DNA of 64,000 nucleotides. Origin: Anaerolineales bacterium (GTDB lineage Bacteria > Chloroflexota > Anaerolineae > Anaerolineales > UBA11579). Where the stretch lies: contig JAHBVE010000002.1 in assembly GCA_019637675.1 (NCBI GenBank), forward strand, positions 207,797 through 271,796, read 5' to 3'. A program made the translations under genes and the position numbers. The notes below the pieces were generated by a model that saw only the letters and a list, made by a program, of their open reading frames with translations, was not told where the DNA came from and ran no database searches. This document shows positions 30,656-39,991 of the stretch, piece after piece (within the stretch, counting starts at the first letter, position 1; the number at the start of each line of letters is the position of its first letter).

Positions 30656-30787
30656 CACTTGATTTTCTGCAAGGTCTGCCGTACGTTCATACGCTGCCTA
30701 CTTCAATAATGAAGAAGTTGCTTACACCACAAGAGCTTCACCCTGCCCCGGCAGGGTGCTTTACATTGGTATACCCGCGGGGTACCC

Positions 30788-31852
30788 ATGGCCTTTAACC
30801 CCCTCAACTGGATCCTCGGTTTTTTCTCGCTTGATATTGGCATTGACCTTGGCACCGCCAACACCCTGGTGTTCGTGCGCGGCAAGGGCATCGTCATCAA
30901 CGAACCTTCCTGGGTAGCGGTGGAGAAGAAGTCCCTCATCCCCATCATGGTGGGCGACAAAGCGGCCGTCGGCCAGGTGGCCAAAGAAATGTCTGGCCGC
31001 GCCCCCAAGAATGTGATGGTCGTGCGCCCGTTGCGGGATGGCGTGATTTCGGAATTTGAGATCACCGAAGCCATGCTGGCCCACTTCATCGGCAAAGCCC
31101 ATGAGCAGAGCATTGTGCCTCTCCCCCGTCCCCGCGTTGTGGTTGGCGTGCCCACTGGCGTGACCGAAGTCGAGAAACGCGCCGTCAACGACGCGGCCCT
31201 GCTGGCCGGCGCCCGCGAGGTCTACTTGATCGAGGAGCCTACAGCCTCCGCCCTGGCGGTTGGCCTGCCCATCAACCAAGTGGGCGGCAGCGTCGTACTC
31301 GATATTGGTGGTGGCACCTCAGAGGTGACTGTTTTCTCGCTGGGCTCTGTCGTGGCCAATCGCAGCCTGCGCGTCGCAGGTGACGAGCTTGACCAGGCCA
31401 TCGTGCAATACATTCGCAATAAGTACAACATCCTCATCGGTGAACGTGCTGCCGAGCAGGTAAAGATCAAAGTTGGCTCGGCCTTTCCCCTCAAGGAAGA
31501 GAAGACCACCACGGTACGCGGCCGCAACCTGGTCAGCGGCCTGCCGGAAACGCTGGAGATCTCCTCCATTGAGATCCGTGAGGCACTGAGCGGCCCGGTG
31601 GACCAGATCATCCAAGCTGTCAAAGAAGCCCTGGATGATGTGCCCGCTGAAATGGTGGGCGATGTAATGGACAACGGCGTGTGCATGTGTGGCGGCGGCG
31701 CCTTGCTGCAAGGCCTGGCGGAGCGCCTTAGCGATGAACTGCGCCTACGCTGCTGGGTGGCAGATGACCCGCTTACCTGCGTGGCGCGCGGCGCCGGCTT
31801 GGTGCTGGATGATCTTGAGGGATACCGCCACTTCCTGATCCAGATGGATTAA
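30788..31852 (+). CDS. mreB: Rod shape-determining protein MreB
   Basis: IDLGTANTLV and DIGGGTSEV actin-fold motifs; 354 aa. Confidence 0.93.
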   Translation: MAFNPLNWILGFFSLDIGIDLGTANTLVFVRGKGIVINEPSWVAVEKKSLIPIMVGDKAAVGQVAKEMSGRAPKNVMVVRPLRDGVISEFEITEAMLAHFIGKAHEQSIVPLPRPRVVVGVPTGVTEVEKRAVNDAALLAGAREVYLIEEPTASALAVGLPINQVGGSVVLDIGGGTSEVTVFSLGSVVANRSLRVAGDELDQAIVQYIRNKYNILIGERAAEQVKIKVGSAFPLKEEKTTTVRGRNLVSGLPETLEISSIEIREALSGPVDQIIQAVKEALDDVPAEMVGDVMDNGVCMCGGGALLQGLAERLSDELRLRCWVADDPLTCVARGAGLVLDDLEGYRHFLIQMD

Positions 31853-31923
31853 CAGCGCTTAAGCGCCGTGCCAGCCTCCCCGCAGGCGGCTGACGTTTGA
31901 CGATATGATTTCTGCGGTCTTTC

Positions 31924-32766
31924 ATGCGCCCTTCTCGTAACAACCCCTACCAACTTGCTGCCCTGCTGGTTGCCGCCGCGGGCATTTTGTTGCTCGCCCT
32001 GGGCGGCTATCTTACGCCGCTATTCAACGGCGCCCTTAGCCCCGTGGAGGGTGTACAGGGCTGGCTGTACACACGCTTCCAAGCCATTCAGGATTTTGTG
32101 AATGCCCCGGTCAACATCGCCAGCTTGCGCCAGGAGAATGCCGAGCTGCGCGCCGAGAATGCCCAGCTGCAAACGGAGATCATTGCTCTTCAACAGCAAG
32201 TGACTGAAGGCGAACTGCTGTCCGCGTTGCTGGACTTTGCCCGTGCCCGGCCCGAGAACACCTATCAGGCCGCCAGCGTCATCGGCCAGGATCCCAGCCC
32301 CTTTCTGCATTACGTGATCATCAACCGCGGCTCTGATGACGGCCTGCGCCGCGGCATGCCGGTAGTCTCGCAACAGGGCCTGGTTGGCCGCATCACTCAG
32401 GTGACTGCTACTGCCTCACGGGTGGAGCTGATCACGGACCCTGGCAGCCAGGTGAGCGTACGCATGCAGCCGTCTGAGGTAGACGGCCTGCTCAGCGGCA
32501 GCGTCACCAGCCAACTGAGCATTGACCTCATTCCGCTGGAAGCCAACCTGCAAGCCGGCGACCTTGTGCTGACCTCCGGCATTGGCGGTATGTACCCTGG
32601 CAATATCCTCATTGGCCAGATCAGCAATGTTCGCCGTGAGGCTACCGCCCTGTTTCAAACAGCGTCTGTGCAGCCAGCCGTGGATTTCACCCGGCTTGAG
32701 ATCGTGTTGGTCATCGTCAACTTCCAGCCGCTGGATATCAGCCCCTTACTGGATACCGGAGAGTAG
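31924..32766 (+). CDS. mreC: Rod shape-determining protein MreC
   Basis: N-terminal TM, a coiled coil (ENAELRAENAQLQTEIIALQQQV), then GMPVVSQQGLVGRITQV and the beta-barrel repeat. Position after mreB supports the call. Confidence 0.85.
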   Translation: MRPSRNNPYQLAALLVAAAGILLLALGGYLTPLFNGALSPVEGVQGWLYTRFQAIQDFVNAPVNIASLRQENAELRAENAQLQTEIIALQQQVTEGELLSALLDFARARPENTYQAASVIGQDPSPFLHYVIINRGSDDGLRRGMPVVSQQGLVGRITQVTATASRVELITDPGSQVSVRMQPSEVDGLLSGSVTSQLSIDLIPLEANLQAGDLVLTSGIGGMYPGNILIGQISNVRREATALFQTASVQPAVDFTRLEIVLVIVNFQPLDISPLLDTGE

Positions 32767-32768
32767 GC

Positions 32769-33266
32769 TTGCGCACGCTGACAGCTGTGCTGCTTTTGTT
32801 AGGTGCCACTTTGCTCCAAGTCACCCTGCTGCCGCGCATCCGCATGCTGCAAGGCAGTGTGGACCTGGTGTTGATCGTCTTGCTCACATGGATGCTACAG
32901 GAAGATAACCGCCCAGATTGGCGGCTTGGCCTGGTTGCCGGCCTCATGGTGGGCTATGCCAGTGCTCTGCCTGATCTGATATTGATCGTAGGTTACACCC
33001 TGGCCGCCCTGATATGCCAACTATTGCACCGCCGTATTTGGCAGGTGCGCATGCTTACCCTGCTGACCAGCCTGCTGCTGGGTACTCTCGCGATCCACCT
33101 GATCACCTTGAGCTATCTGTGGCTCTCGGACAATCCACTGTCAGCTGGGGACGCCTTCAATCTCGTCACCTTGCCCACCCTGCTTCTAAATCTCATCCTT
33201 CTCTTACCCGTAAATGCTTTAATTTCAGAGTTGAACAAACTGATCGCCCCACCGGCCAACTCATGA
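32769..33266 (+). CDS. mreD: Rod shape-determining protein MreD
   Basis: 165-aa polytopic protein between mreC and PBP2. TTG start 3 nt after the mreC stop. The call rests mainly on position. Confidence 0.65.
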   Translation: MRTLTAVLLLLGATLLQVTLLPRIRMLQGSVDLVLIVLLTWMLQEDNRPDWRLGLVAGLMVGYASALPDLILIVGYTLAALICQLLHRRIWQVRMLTLLTSLLLGTLAIHLITLSYLWLSDNPLSAGDAFNLVTLPTLLLNLILLLPVNALISELNKLIAPPANS

Positions 33267-35356
33267 ATCTACTCGACGGAACTCCCCCCAAAGCCCCGAC
33301 TTCCCTGGAACAGTGGCGTCTGCTCACCTTCTTCGGTTTCGTGGGGCTCATCTTCTTTATCTTCATCCTGCGGCTCTTTTACCTGCAGGTGCTGGAACAC
33401 GAGAACTGGCTAAGCCAGGCAGAGGGGAACCGCACCGAGGTCATCAGCCTGGCGCCGCAACGCGGCGTGATCTATGACCGCAATGGGGTCATCCTGGCGC
33501 AGAACGAGGCATCCTACAACATTGTTGTTGTGCCGGCCGACCTGCCTGCTGATGACGGCGAGGTTGAAGAGATCATCTACGCGCTAGCCAACTTGACTGA
33601 CCAACCCGTCAGTCTGGGCAGCATTGATGACCCGTTGATCCCGTGTGGCACCAACCTGGGCGTTCGCCAGATGATCGAAGTGCAGAACAGTTTCTCGCCC
33701 TACGACCCGGTGGCCATCCAGTGCAACGTATCCCGCCAGCTCGCTCTGGCTGTAAAAGAGCGGGCTGTGGATTGGCCGGGCGTGTCGGTCGTCGTGGAGC
33801 CGGTGCGCCAGTACCCGACAGGCTCCATGACCGCCGCCATCATTGGCTACCTGGGCCCAATCCCCGCCGCTCAGGAAGCAGAGTTGCGTGCGCTGGGTTT
33901 TGTGCCCAACCGCGACAAGGTTGGGTACGGCGGCCTGGAGCTGTACTTTGACGAACTGCTGCGCGGCACCCCAGGCCGCCGCGTTGTTGAAACAGATGCA
34001 GGTGGTCAGATCTTGCGAGACCTGGAGCCTCCGATCGAGCCGATCGCTGGCGAAAACATCGTGCTGACCATCGATGCTCGCTTGCAATCGGCTGCCTCCG
34101 CCATTATTGAAGAAGAGCTGGGTCTGTGGAACACATACTTCCGCGACCTGCCGCGCAGCCACATGACCAGCGGGGTCATCATTGCCATGAACCCCAAAAC
34201 AGGCGAACTGCTGGCCATGGTCTCCTGGCCCACATTTGAGAACAACCGCATGACGCGCTTCATCCCCGCGTACTACTATGAGCAACTACTGGCAGACGCC
34301 ACCAAGCCGCTCATCAATCATGCTGCCGGCGCTGAGTTGCCCGCAGGCTCCGTGTTCAAGATCGTCACCGCGGTAGGCGCGTTGAATGAAGGCATTGTGA
34401 CGCCTGAAACCGTGGTCCAAACGCCTGGTTCCATCACGGTGAGCCAGCGCTTTTACGAAGGCGAAGCTGGCCAAAACCGCGAGTTTGTGGACTGGAACCG
34501 CGCCGGTTTCGGCCAACTCAACTTTTATGGCGGCATCGCCAACTCCAGCAATGTGTACTTCTACAAGCTGGGCGGCGGCTATGAAGGCGAGATCCCCGAG
34601 GGGCTTGGCATCTGCCGGCTGGGCACTTACGCCCGCGCTATGGGCTACGGCAGCGCGCTCGGGGTAGAGTTGCCGTACGAAGTCGATGGGCTTGTACCAG
34701 ACCCCACCTGGAAACGCCTGAGCCAAGGTGAAAACTGGTCAACGGGTGACACTTACATCACCAGCGTGGGCCAGGGCTACATCCTCTCCTCTCCGTTGCA
34801 GGTGCTTGTGTCCGCGGCTACCATTGCCAATGACGGCGCTCAAATGCGCCCCACCCTGCTGCGCCAGATCGTCGACGGCGAAGGCAACATCATCCAAGAC
34901 TTTGAGCCTGACCTGCGCTGGGATATCACCAAAGACCCGGTCATCGAGCATTATGAAAATCCACAAGGCATCGGCGCATGCCGCGCTACGGGTGAGCTAA
35001 CCACAGTAGACCCCTCGGTGATCGATGCCGTTCAGCGCGGCATGCGCGAAGCCGTAACCTACGGCACGCTGGCAGAGCGTTTCGCCAATCTGACCATTGC
35101 GGCGGCTGGCAAAACCGGCACCGCCGAGTACTGCGATCAAGTCGCCCTTGCCAACAATCGCTGCCAATACGGCGCCTGGCCCAGCCATGCCTGGTCAGTG
35201 GCCTACGCGCCGTACGACGATCCTGAACTGGCCGTGGTGGCTTTTGTCTACAACGGCAGTGAAGGTTCGTCTGTCGCCGGCCCCATCCTCAATCGCGTCA
35301 TCCAGGCTTACTTCGAGATCAAGTCCATCGACACACAGCTCGGGCTAGCGCCTTAA
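33263..35356 (+). CDS. mrdA: Penicillin-binding protein 2 (elongasome transpeptidase)
   Basis: ORF 33014..35356. Start at ATG 33263 (ATGA overlap with the mreD stop). TM helix LLTFFGFVGLIFFIFILRLFYLQV; SxxK = SVFK, SxN = SSN, KTG = KTGT. Confidence 0.9.
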   Translation: MNLLDGTPPKAPTSLEQWRLLTFFGFVGLIFFIFILRLFYLQVLEHENWLSQAEGNRTEVISLAPQRGVIYDRNGVILAQNEASYNIVVVPADLPADDGEVEEIIYALANLTDQPVSLGSIDDPLIPCGTNLGVRQMIEVQNSFSPYDPVAIQCNVSRQLALAVKERAVDWPGVSVVVEPVRQYPTGSMTAAIIGYLGPIPAAQEAELRALGFVPNRDKVGYGGLELYFDELLRGTPGRRVVETDAGGQILRDLEPPIEPIAGENIVLTIDARLQSAASAIIEEELGLWNTYFRDLPRSHMTSGVIIAMNPKTGELLAMVSWPTFENNRMTRFIPAYYYEQLLADATKPLINHAAGAELPAGSVFKIVTAVGALNEGIVTPETVVQTPGSITVSQRFYEGEAGQNREFVDWNRAGFGQLNFYGGIANSSNVYFYKLGGGYEGEIPEGLGICRLGTYARAMGYGSALGVELPYEVDGLVPDPTWKRLSQGENWSTGDTYITSVGQGYILSSPLQVLVSAATIANDGAQMRPTLLRQIVDGEGNIIQDFEPDLRWDITKDPVIEHYENPQGIGACRATGELTTVDPSVIDAVQRGMREAVTYGTLAERFANLTIAAAGKTGTAEYCDQVALANNRCQYGAWPSHAWSVAYAPYDDPELAVVAFVYNGSEGSSVAGPILNRVIQAYFEIKSIDTQLGLAP

Positions 35357-35421
35357 AACAAGCTAAAACACCGCTCCTACTCATCTGCAGAGTCGTATCT
35401 TCAGCGCGTCGTAAACCGCGA

Positions 35422-35430
35422 TGCTATAAT
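35422..35430 (+). promoter_or_regulatory. Extended -10 promoter (TGcTATAAT) placed 6 nt before the minC GTG
   Basis: TGCTATAAT, then TTTTTG, then GTG 35437. No SD. This implies a leaderless min transcript. Confidence 0.45.
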
Positions 35431-35436
35431 TTTTTG

Positions 35437-36141
35437 GTGAGCGAAGTAGAAGCCATACAGATCGATATCAAAGGCATCCGCGAAGGACTGCTGGTCAGCC
35501 TGCCTGAGGGCGAATGGCCCGCGCTGGAGCAAGCCTTGCTGGATGAACTAGCCCGCCGGGGTGACTTCCTGAAGGGCGCCAAGCTCATCATCAACGCCGC
35601 CGAGCACGAACTCAATGTGGCTACCATGAGCCGCCTGCGCGACCGCGTGACCGACAGCGGCCTGCTGCTGTGGGGGGTGCTCAGCAGCTCGGCGCAGACC
35701 GAGCGCAGCGCCCAGCTGATGGGCCTGGCCACCCGCATCCACGACGGCGCCCGCCCTCCTGACGCCGAGCCTGACGAAGAGTACGAGCCGGCCGCCCCGC
35801 AAGACCTGGGGCCGGATGCTGGCATCATGGTGCGCCGCACACTGCGCTCTGGCGCCAGCCTGCACGCGCCCGGCCACATCACCATCATTGGTGACGTCAA
35901 CCCCGGCGCCGAAGTGGTAGCCGGCGGCAACGTGGTGGTGTGGGGCCGCCTGCGCGGCCTGGTGCACGCCGGCGCCGGCGGTAATCAAGACGCCTTCGTC
36001 TGCGCGATGGATCTCTCACCCACCCAGCTGCGCATCGCCGGGCACATTGCCATCCCGCCCGCTGAGCGCGGCCAGGTTTCCCCCGAAATTGCCCGCGTGC
36101 AAGACGGGCAGGTAATTGCAGAAAATTGGACACTAGGATAA
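35437..36141 (+). CDS. minC: Septum site-determining protein MinC
   Basis: The ORF track starts at TTG 35434; GTG 35437 is preferred. The C-terminal beta-helix is IIGDVNPGAEVVAGGNVVVWGRLRGLVHAG. Confidence 0.85.
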   Translation: MSEVEAIQIDIKGIREGLLVSLPEGEWPALEQALLDELARRGDFLKGAKLIINAAEHELNVATMSRLRDRVTDSGLLLWGVLSSSAQTERSAQLMGLATRIHDGARPPDAEPDEEYEPAAPQDLGPDAGIMVRRTLRSGASLHAPGHITIIGDVNPGAEVVAGGNVVVWGRLRGLVHAGAGGNQDAFVCAMDLSPTQLRIAGHIAIPPAERGQVSPEIARVQDGQVIAENWTLG

Positions 36142-36146
36142 ATACG

Positions 36147-36959
36147 ATGACTGGACGCGTAATCACTATCACTTCTGGCAAAGGCGGCGTGGGTAAAACC
36201 ACCGCCACGGCCAACATCAGCGCCGCGTTGGCGGCCATGGGCCACAAGGTGGTCTGCATGGACGCCGACATCGGCCTGCGCAATCTTGACGTAGTGCTTG
36301 GCCTCGAGAACCGCATCGTCTACGATCTGGTGGACGTGGTGGAAGGCCGCTGCAAGGTGCGCCAGGCGATGATCCGCGACAAGCGCCTGGAGGAGCTCTA
36401 CCTCATCCCCGCCGCTCAGACGCGTGACAAAAACGCGGTCGCTCCCAAGGATATGGTACGCATCTGCGATGAGTTGCGCCAGGACTTTGACTACATCGTG
36501 ATCGACTCGCCGGCCGGCATTGAGCGCGGCTTCAAGAACGCCATCGCTCCCGCAGACGAGGTGGTCATCATCACCAACCCGGAAGTCTCGGCCGTGCGTG
36601 ACGCCGACCGCATCATCGGGCTGGTGGAAGCGGAGCAGAAAGGCCCGGCCAAGCTGGTGGTCAACCGCATCAACACCGACATGGTGGAACGCGGCGACAT
36701 GCTGGCGGTGGCGGACGTGCTGGAGCTGCTGGCGGTCGAACTCATCGGCATCGTGCCGGATGATACGGCCGTACTGGTCAGCACCAACAAGGGCGCGCCG
36801 ATCGCCCTGGAGCCCAAGAGCAAGACCGGCCAGGCCTTTCGCGATATTGCCCGCCGCCTGACTGGCGAAGAGGTGCCTTTCAGCACCAGCAACGGCAACA
36901 ACGGCTTCCTGGGCCGCATCTCCAAGCTGATGAAGTCCAAAGAAGGGCGCAATGCCTAG
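36147..36959 (+). CDS. minD: Septum site-determining ATPase MinD
   Basis: ORF 36126..36959. Start at ATG 36147 (MTGRVITITSGKGGVGKTT). It has a C-terminal amphipathic helix. Confidence 0.92.
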   Translation: MTGRVITITSGKGGVGKTTATANISAALAAMGHKVVCMDADIGLRNLDVVLGLENRIVYDLVDVVEGRCKVRQAMIRDKRLEELYLIPAAQTRDKNAVAPKDMVRICDELRQDFDYIVIDSPAGIERGFKNAIAPADEVVIITNPEVSAVRDADRIIGLVEAEQKGPAKLVVNRINTDMVERGDMLAVADVLELLAVELIGIVPDDTAVLVSTNKGAPIALEPKSKTGQAFRDIARRLTGEEVPFSTSNGNNGFLGRISKLMKSKEGRNA

Positions 36960-37218
36960 CCTGAGTGAACTGCTCGGGCGCAAGCGCAGCGCCAGCACCG
37001 CCAAGGACCGCCTGCGGGTCGTGTTGATCCATGACCGCAGCGCCCTGCCGCCCGGCGTGATGGACGCGCTGCGCCAGGAGCTGATCGAGGTGGTGGCGCG
37101 CCACATTGACGTGGACCGCCACGCGGTGCGAGTGGAAATGGTGCAGGAGGGCCGCAGCGCCACGCTGCAGGCTGAGATTCCCATTAAAGCCGCCCCCAAG
37201 CATCCCTCATCTGAGTAA
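36952..37218 (+). CDS. minE: Cell division topological specificity factor MinE
   Basis: 88 aa, with SASTAKDRLRVVLIHDR. Overlaps the minD stop. Confidence 0.88.
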   Translation: MPSLSELLGRKRSASTAKDRLRVVLIHDRSALPPGVMDALRQELIEVVARHIDVDRHAVRVEMVQEGRSATLQAEIPIKAAPKHPSSE

Positions 37219-37220
37219 TA

Positions 37221-37252
37221 ATCTGCCCTGCTGACGCAGGGCAGATTTTTTC
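37221..37252 (+). terminator. Rho-independent terminator immediately after minE, 21 nt before rodA
   Basis: ATCTGCCCTGC-TGAC-GCAGGGCAGATTTTTT: an 11-bp stem. Confidence 0.75.
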
Positions 37253-37272
37253 GCCCACTCGGCACGAAACTC

Positions 37273-38379
37273 ATGCGAACCGCGATCTGGCGACACTTTG
37301 ACTTCTGGCTGCTTGGCGCAGTCATCGTTCTGCTGACCTTCGGCGTGGCTATGATCCGCTCCACCATCGCCGGCAACCCCGAACTGATCGAGCTCAACGT
37401 GCTCGGCCGCCAGATCTACTTCGCTCTGGCCGGCCTGGCCGTCATCGTGGTCTGCACCCTGCTCGACTATCGTCTGTGGGTCTCGGCCAGCCGCGTGCTG
37501 TATGTGCTGCTGGTCATCCTGCTGCTCTTCACCATCTTGGCCGGCCAAACCAGCTTCGGCGCCCAGCGCTGGCTTAACATCGGCCTGGTGGTGCTGCAGC
37601 CCTCCGAGTTGGCCAAGATCACCATGATCATCATCCTGGCCGACTTCTTTGCGCGCAACCGTGACAAGATCGGCGATCTGCGCTGGGTGGCGCGCAGTGT
37701 GCTGCTCACCGCTGGCCTGGTGGTGCTCATCTTGCTGCAGCCCAATCTGAGCACCTCCATCGTGCTGCTTACGGTGTGGTTCTCATTGTTGTGGGCCAGC
37801 GGGTTGAAGCTCAAACATTTAGCCCTGTTCATCGTGGGTGGCCTGTTGGTCGCCGCGATCAGCTTTCCCTTATTGGCAGACTACCAGCGCGACCGCATCA
37901 TCCGTTTCATTGCGCCTGAGGAAGATGCCCGCTACGGCAGCAGCTACAACGTGACCCAGGCGCTCATCAGTATTGGCTCCGGCGGCGTGCTGGGCCAGGG
38001 TTATGGGCAGGCTACCCAAGTGCAATTGCGCTTTCTCAAAGTGCGCCACAACGACTTTATTTTCTCGGCCATTTCTGCCGAATTCGGGCTGGTGGGCGCC
38101 GTCGCCGTGCTAGGGATGGAGTTGTTCATCATCTGGCGTTGCGTGCGCGCGGCGCGGCTCTCGCAAGATGCGTTCGGTTCGCTGATCGCGTATGGAATTG
38201 GCGTTATTATTGCCCTACATACCATCGTGAACGTGGGCATGAACATCCAGCTATTACCCGTGACCGGCTTGCCGTTGCCATTCGTCAGCGCGGGCGGCAG
38301 TTCATTGCTGACCTTCATGTTTGGTATCGGCCTGGTGGAGAGCGTGATCGCCCGCCACCGCGCCCTCAACTTCTCATAG
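37273..38379 (+). CDS. rodA: SEDS glycosyltransferase RodA (FtsW/RodA/SpoVE family)
   Basis: 368 aa and 10 TM. Motifs QPSELAKI and GLPLPFVSAGGSSLL are present. Confidence 0.88.
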   Translation: MRTAIWRHFDFWLLGAVIVLLTFGVAMIRSTIAGNPELIELNVLGRQIYFALAGLAVIVVCTLLDYRLWVSASRVLYVLLVILLLFTILAGQTSFGAQRWLNIGLVVLQPSELAKITMIIILADFFARNRDKIGDLRWVARSVLLTAGLVVLILLQPNLSTSIVLLTVWFSLLWASGLKLKHLALFIVGGLLVAAISFPLLADYQRDRIIRFIAPEEDARYGSSYNVTQALISIGSGGVLGQGYGQATQVQLRFLKVRHNDFIFSAISAEFGLVGAVAVLGMELFIIWRCVRAARLSQDAFGSLIAYGIGVIIALHTIVNVGMNIQLLPVTGLPLPFVSAGGSSLLTFMFGIGLVESVIARHRALNFS

Positions 38380-38396
38380 CAAAGGCTTCGCAGTAC

Positions 38397-39887
38397 ATGA
38401 CGCAAACCAACGCAGCCCGGGTGCGCTTTGCGCCCTCCCCGACTGGCCTTACCCACCTGGGTAGCGGCCGCACCGCCCTGTACAACTATTTGCTTGCCCA
38501 CCAAACCGGCGGGCAATTTATTTTGCGCATCGAAGACACGGACCAGAAGCGTTTCAACCCGGATGCCGAGCAAGACCTGACCAGCAGCCTGCAGTGGCTG
38601 GGCCTGCCGTGGGGCGAAGGCCCCGGCGTGGGCGGCCCGCACGCGCCGTATTACCAATCCCAGCGCATGGAGATCTACCGCCAGCACGCCGAGGAGCTGG
38701 TGGAGCGCGGCAAGGCCTTCTACTGCTTCTGCACGCCGGCCGAGCTCGACGCTGTGCGCAAAGCCCAGCAGGAGGCCAAGCAGCCGCCGCATTACTCCGG
38801 CAAGTGCCGCGATCTGCCGCTGGCCGAGGCCAAGCAGCGCGTGGCGGCCGGCGAGACGCATGTCGTGCGCTTCAAGGCGCCCAAGGACGGCAGCATCACG
38901 GTGCACGATGAGCTGCGCGGCGATATCACCGTCGAGAACCGCACCATTGACGACCGCGTCCTGCTCAAGAGCGATGGCCACGCCCTATATCACCTGGCGG
39001 CGATGGTGGACGACCACCTGATGGACATTACCCATGTGCTGCGCGGCGAGGAATGGCTGCCCAGCCTGCCGCTGCACGTGCATATCTACGAAGCCTTTGG
39101 CTGGCCGCAGCCCAAATGGATCCACCTCTCGGTGTTCCTCAAGCCCAGCGGTAAGGGCAAGATGAGCAAGCGTGAGACCGAGGCGATGAAGCTGACCGGC
39201 CAATCGATCTTTATTCAAGACCTGGCGGCGATGGGTTACCTGCCCGAGGGCGTGCTCAACTGGATCGCGCTGATGGGCTGGAGCTACGATGACAAGACGG
39301 AATTCTTCACGCTGCCGGACTTGATCGAGAAGTTCGACATCAGCAAACTCAACCCGTCGCCGGCGGCGATCGACTTCAAGAAGCTGGACCATTTCAACGG
39401 GCTGCACATCCGCGCCCTGCCCGCCGAGGAGCTGGCCCGCCGCCTGCTGCCCTTCTTCGAGAAGGCCGGCTACCAGGCCGACCCGGCCGTGGTGACCCGC
39501 ATCACGCCGCTGATCCAGGAGCGCATCGTCACCCTGGACGATGCGCCTGAGATCGCCGGCTTCTTCTTCCGCCCCAGTGTGGATGTACCGGCTGAGAAGC
39601 TGCTCATCAAAGATAAGAGCGCGGCCGAGTCCGCCGCGGCCCTGGCCAAGGCGCTGGCTGTGCTGGAAGCCCTGCCGGAGCTGACGGCCGCTGCGGCCGA
39701 GGCGCCCATGCGGGCCGCCGCCGACGAGCTGGGCATCAAAGCCGGGGCGCTGTTCACCCAACTGCGCAACGCCACTACCGGCCAGGAGATCAGCCCGCCG
39801 CTGTTCGAGAGCATGGAACTGATCGGCCGCGAGACGGTGCTGGCCCGCCTACGGGCGGGGCTGGACGCGCTCAGCAAGCTCAGCTAG
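38397..39887 (+). CDS. gltX: Glutamate--tRNA ligase
   Basis: ORF 38139..39887. Start at ATG 38397 (MTQTNAARVRFAPSPTGLTHLGSGRTALYNY, the HIGH region). KMSKR is present. Confidence 0.92.
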   Translation: MTQTNAARVRFAPSPTGLTHLGSGRTALYNYLLAHQTGGQFILRIEDTDQKRFNPDAEQDLTSSLQWLGLPWGEGPGVGGPHAPYYQSQRMEIYRQHAEELVERGKAFYCFCTPAELDAVRKAQQEAKQPPHYSGKCRDLPLAEAKQRVAAGETHVVRFKAPKDGSITVHDELRGDITVENRTIDDRVLLKSDGHALYHLAAMVDDHLMDITHVLRGEEWLPSLPLHVHIYEAFGWPQPKWIHLSVFLKPSGKGKMSKRETEAMKLTGQSIFIQDLAAMGYLPEGVLNWIALMGWSYDDKTEFFTLPDLIEKFDISKLNPSPAAIDFKKLDHFNGLHIRALPAEELARRLLPFFEKAGYQADPAVVTRITPLIQERIVTLDDAPEIAGFFFRPSVDVPAEKLLIKDKSAAESAAALAKALAVLEALPELTAAAAEAPMRAAADELGIKAGALFTQLRNATTGQEISPPLFESMELIGRETVLARLRAGLDALSKLS

Positions 39888-39891
39888 CAAA

Positions 39892-39982
39892 CCCCCTCAC
39901 CCATTGGTTTGCGTCCTTCGCTTAACTTCTATCTGCCCTCTCCCCATGGGAGAGGGCGCGAGCGAAGCGAGCGGGTGAGGGG
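39892..39982. repeat. Nested GC-rich inverted repeat of about 90 nt downstream of gltX
   Basis: Outer arms CCCCTCACCC (39893-39902) and GGGTGAGGGG (39973-39982). Middle arms CTTCGCT (39916-39922) and AGCGAAG (39961-39967). Inner hairpin CCCTCTCCC-CAT-GGGAGAGGG (39936-39956). Confidence 0.6.
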
Positions 39983-39985
39983 CCT

Positions 39986-39991
39986 TATAAT
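39986..39991 (+). promoter_or_regulatory. TATAAT hexamer 7 nt before the lipoprotein ATG
   Basis: TATAAT, then CACTCGC, then ATG 39999. No SD. Leaderless geometry. Confidence 0.4.

Noticed and set aside
33014-33262. 83-codon extension of the PBP2 ORF. Analogous extensions occur at gltX (38139-38396), pyk (10028-10063), minD, the E1 beta gene, both bicupins and the XRE regulator.
   Set aside because: The extensions overlap upstream genes in another frame or lack similarity to the family N-termini. Internal ATG starts restore canonical N-termini and coupling overlaps (ATGA/TAATG).
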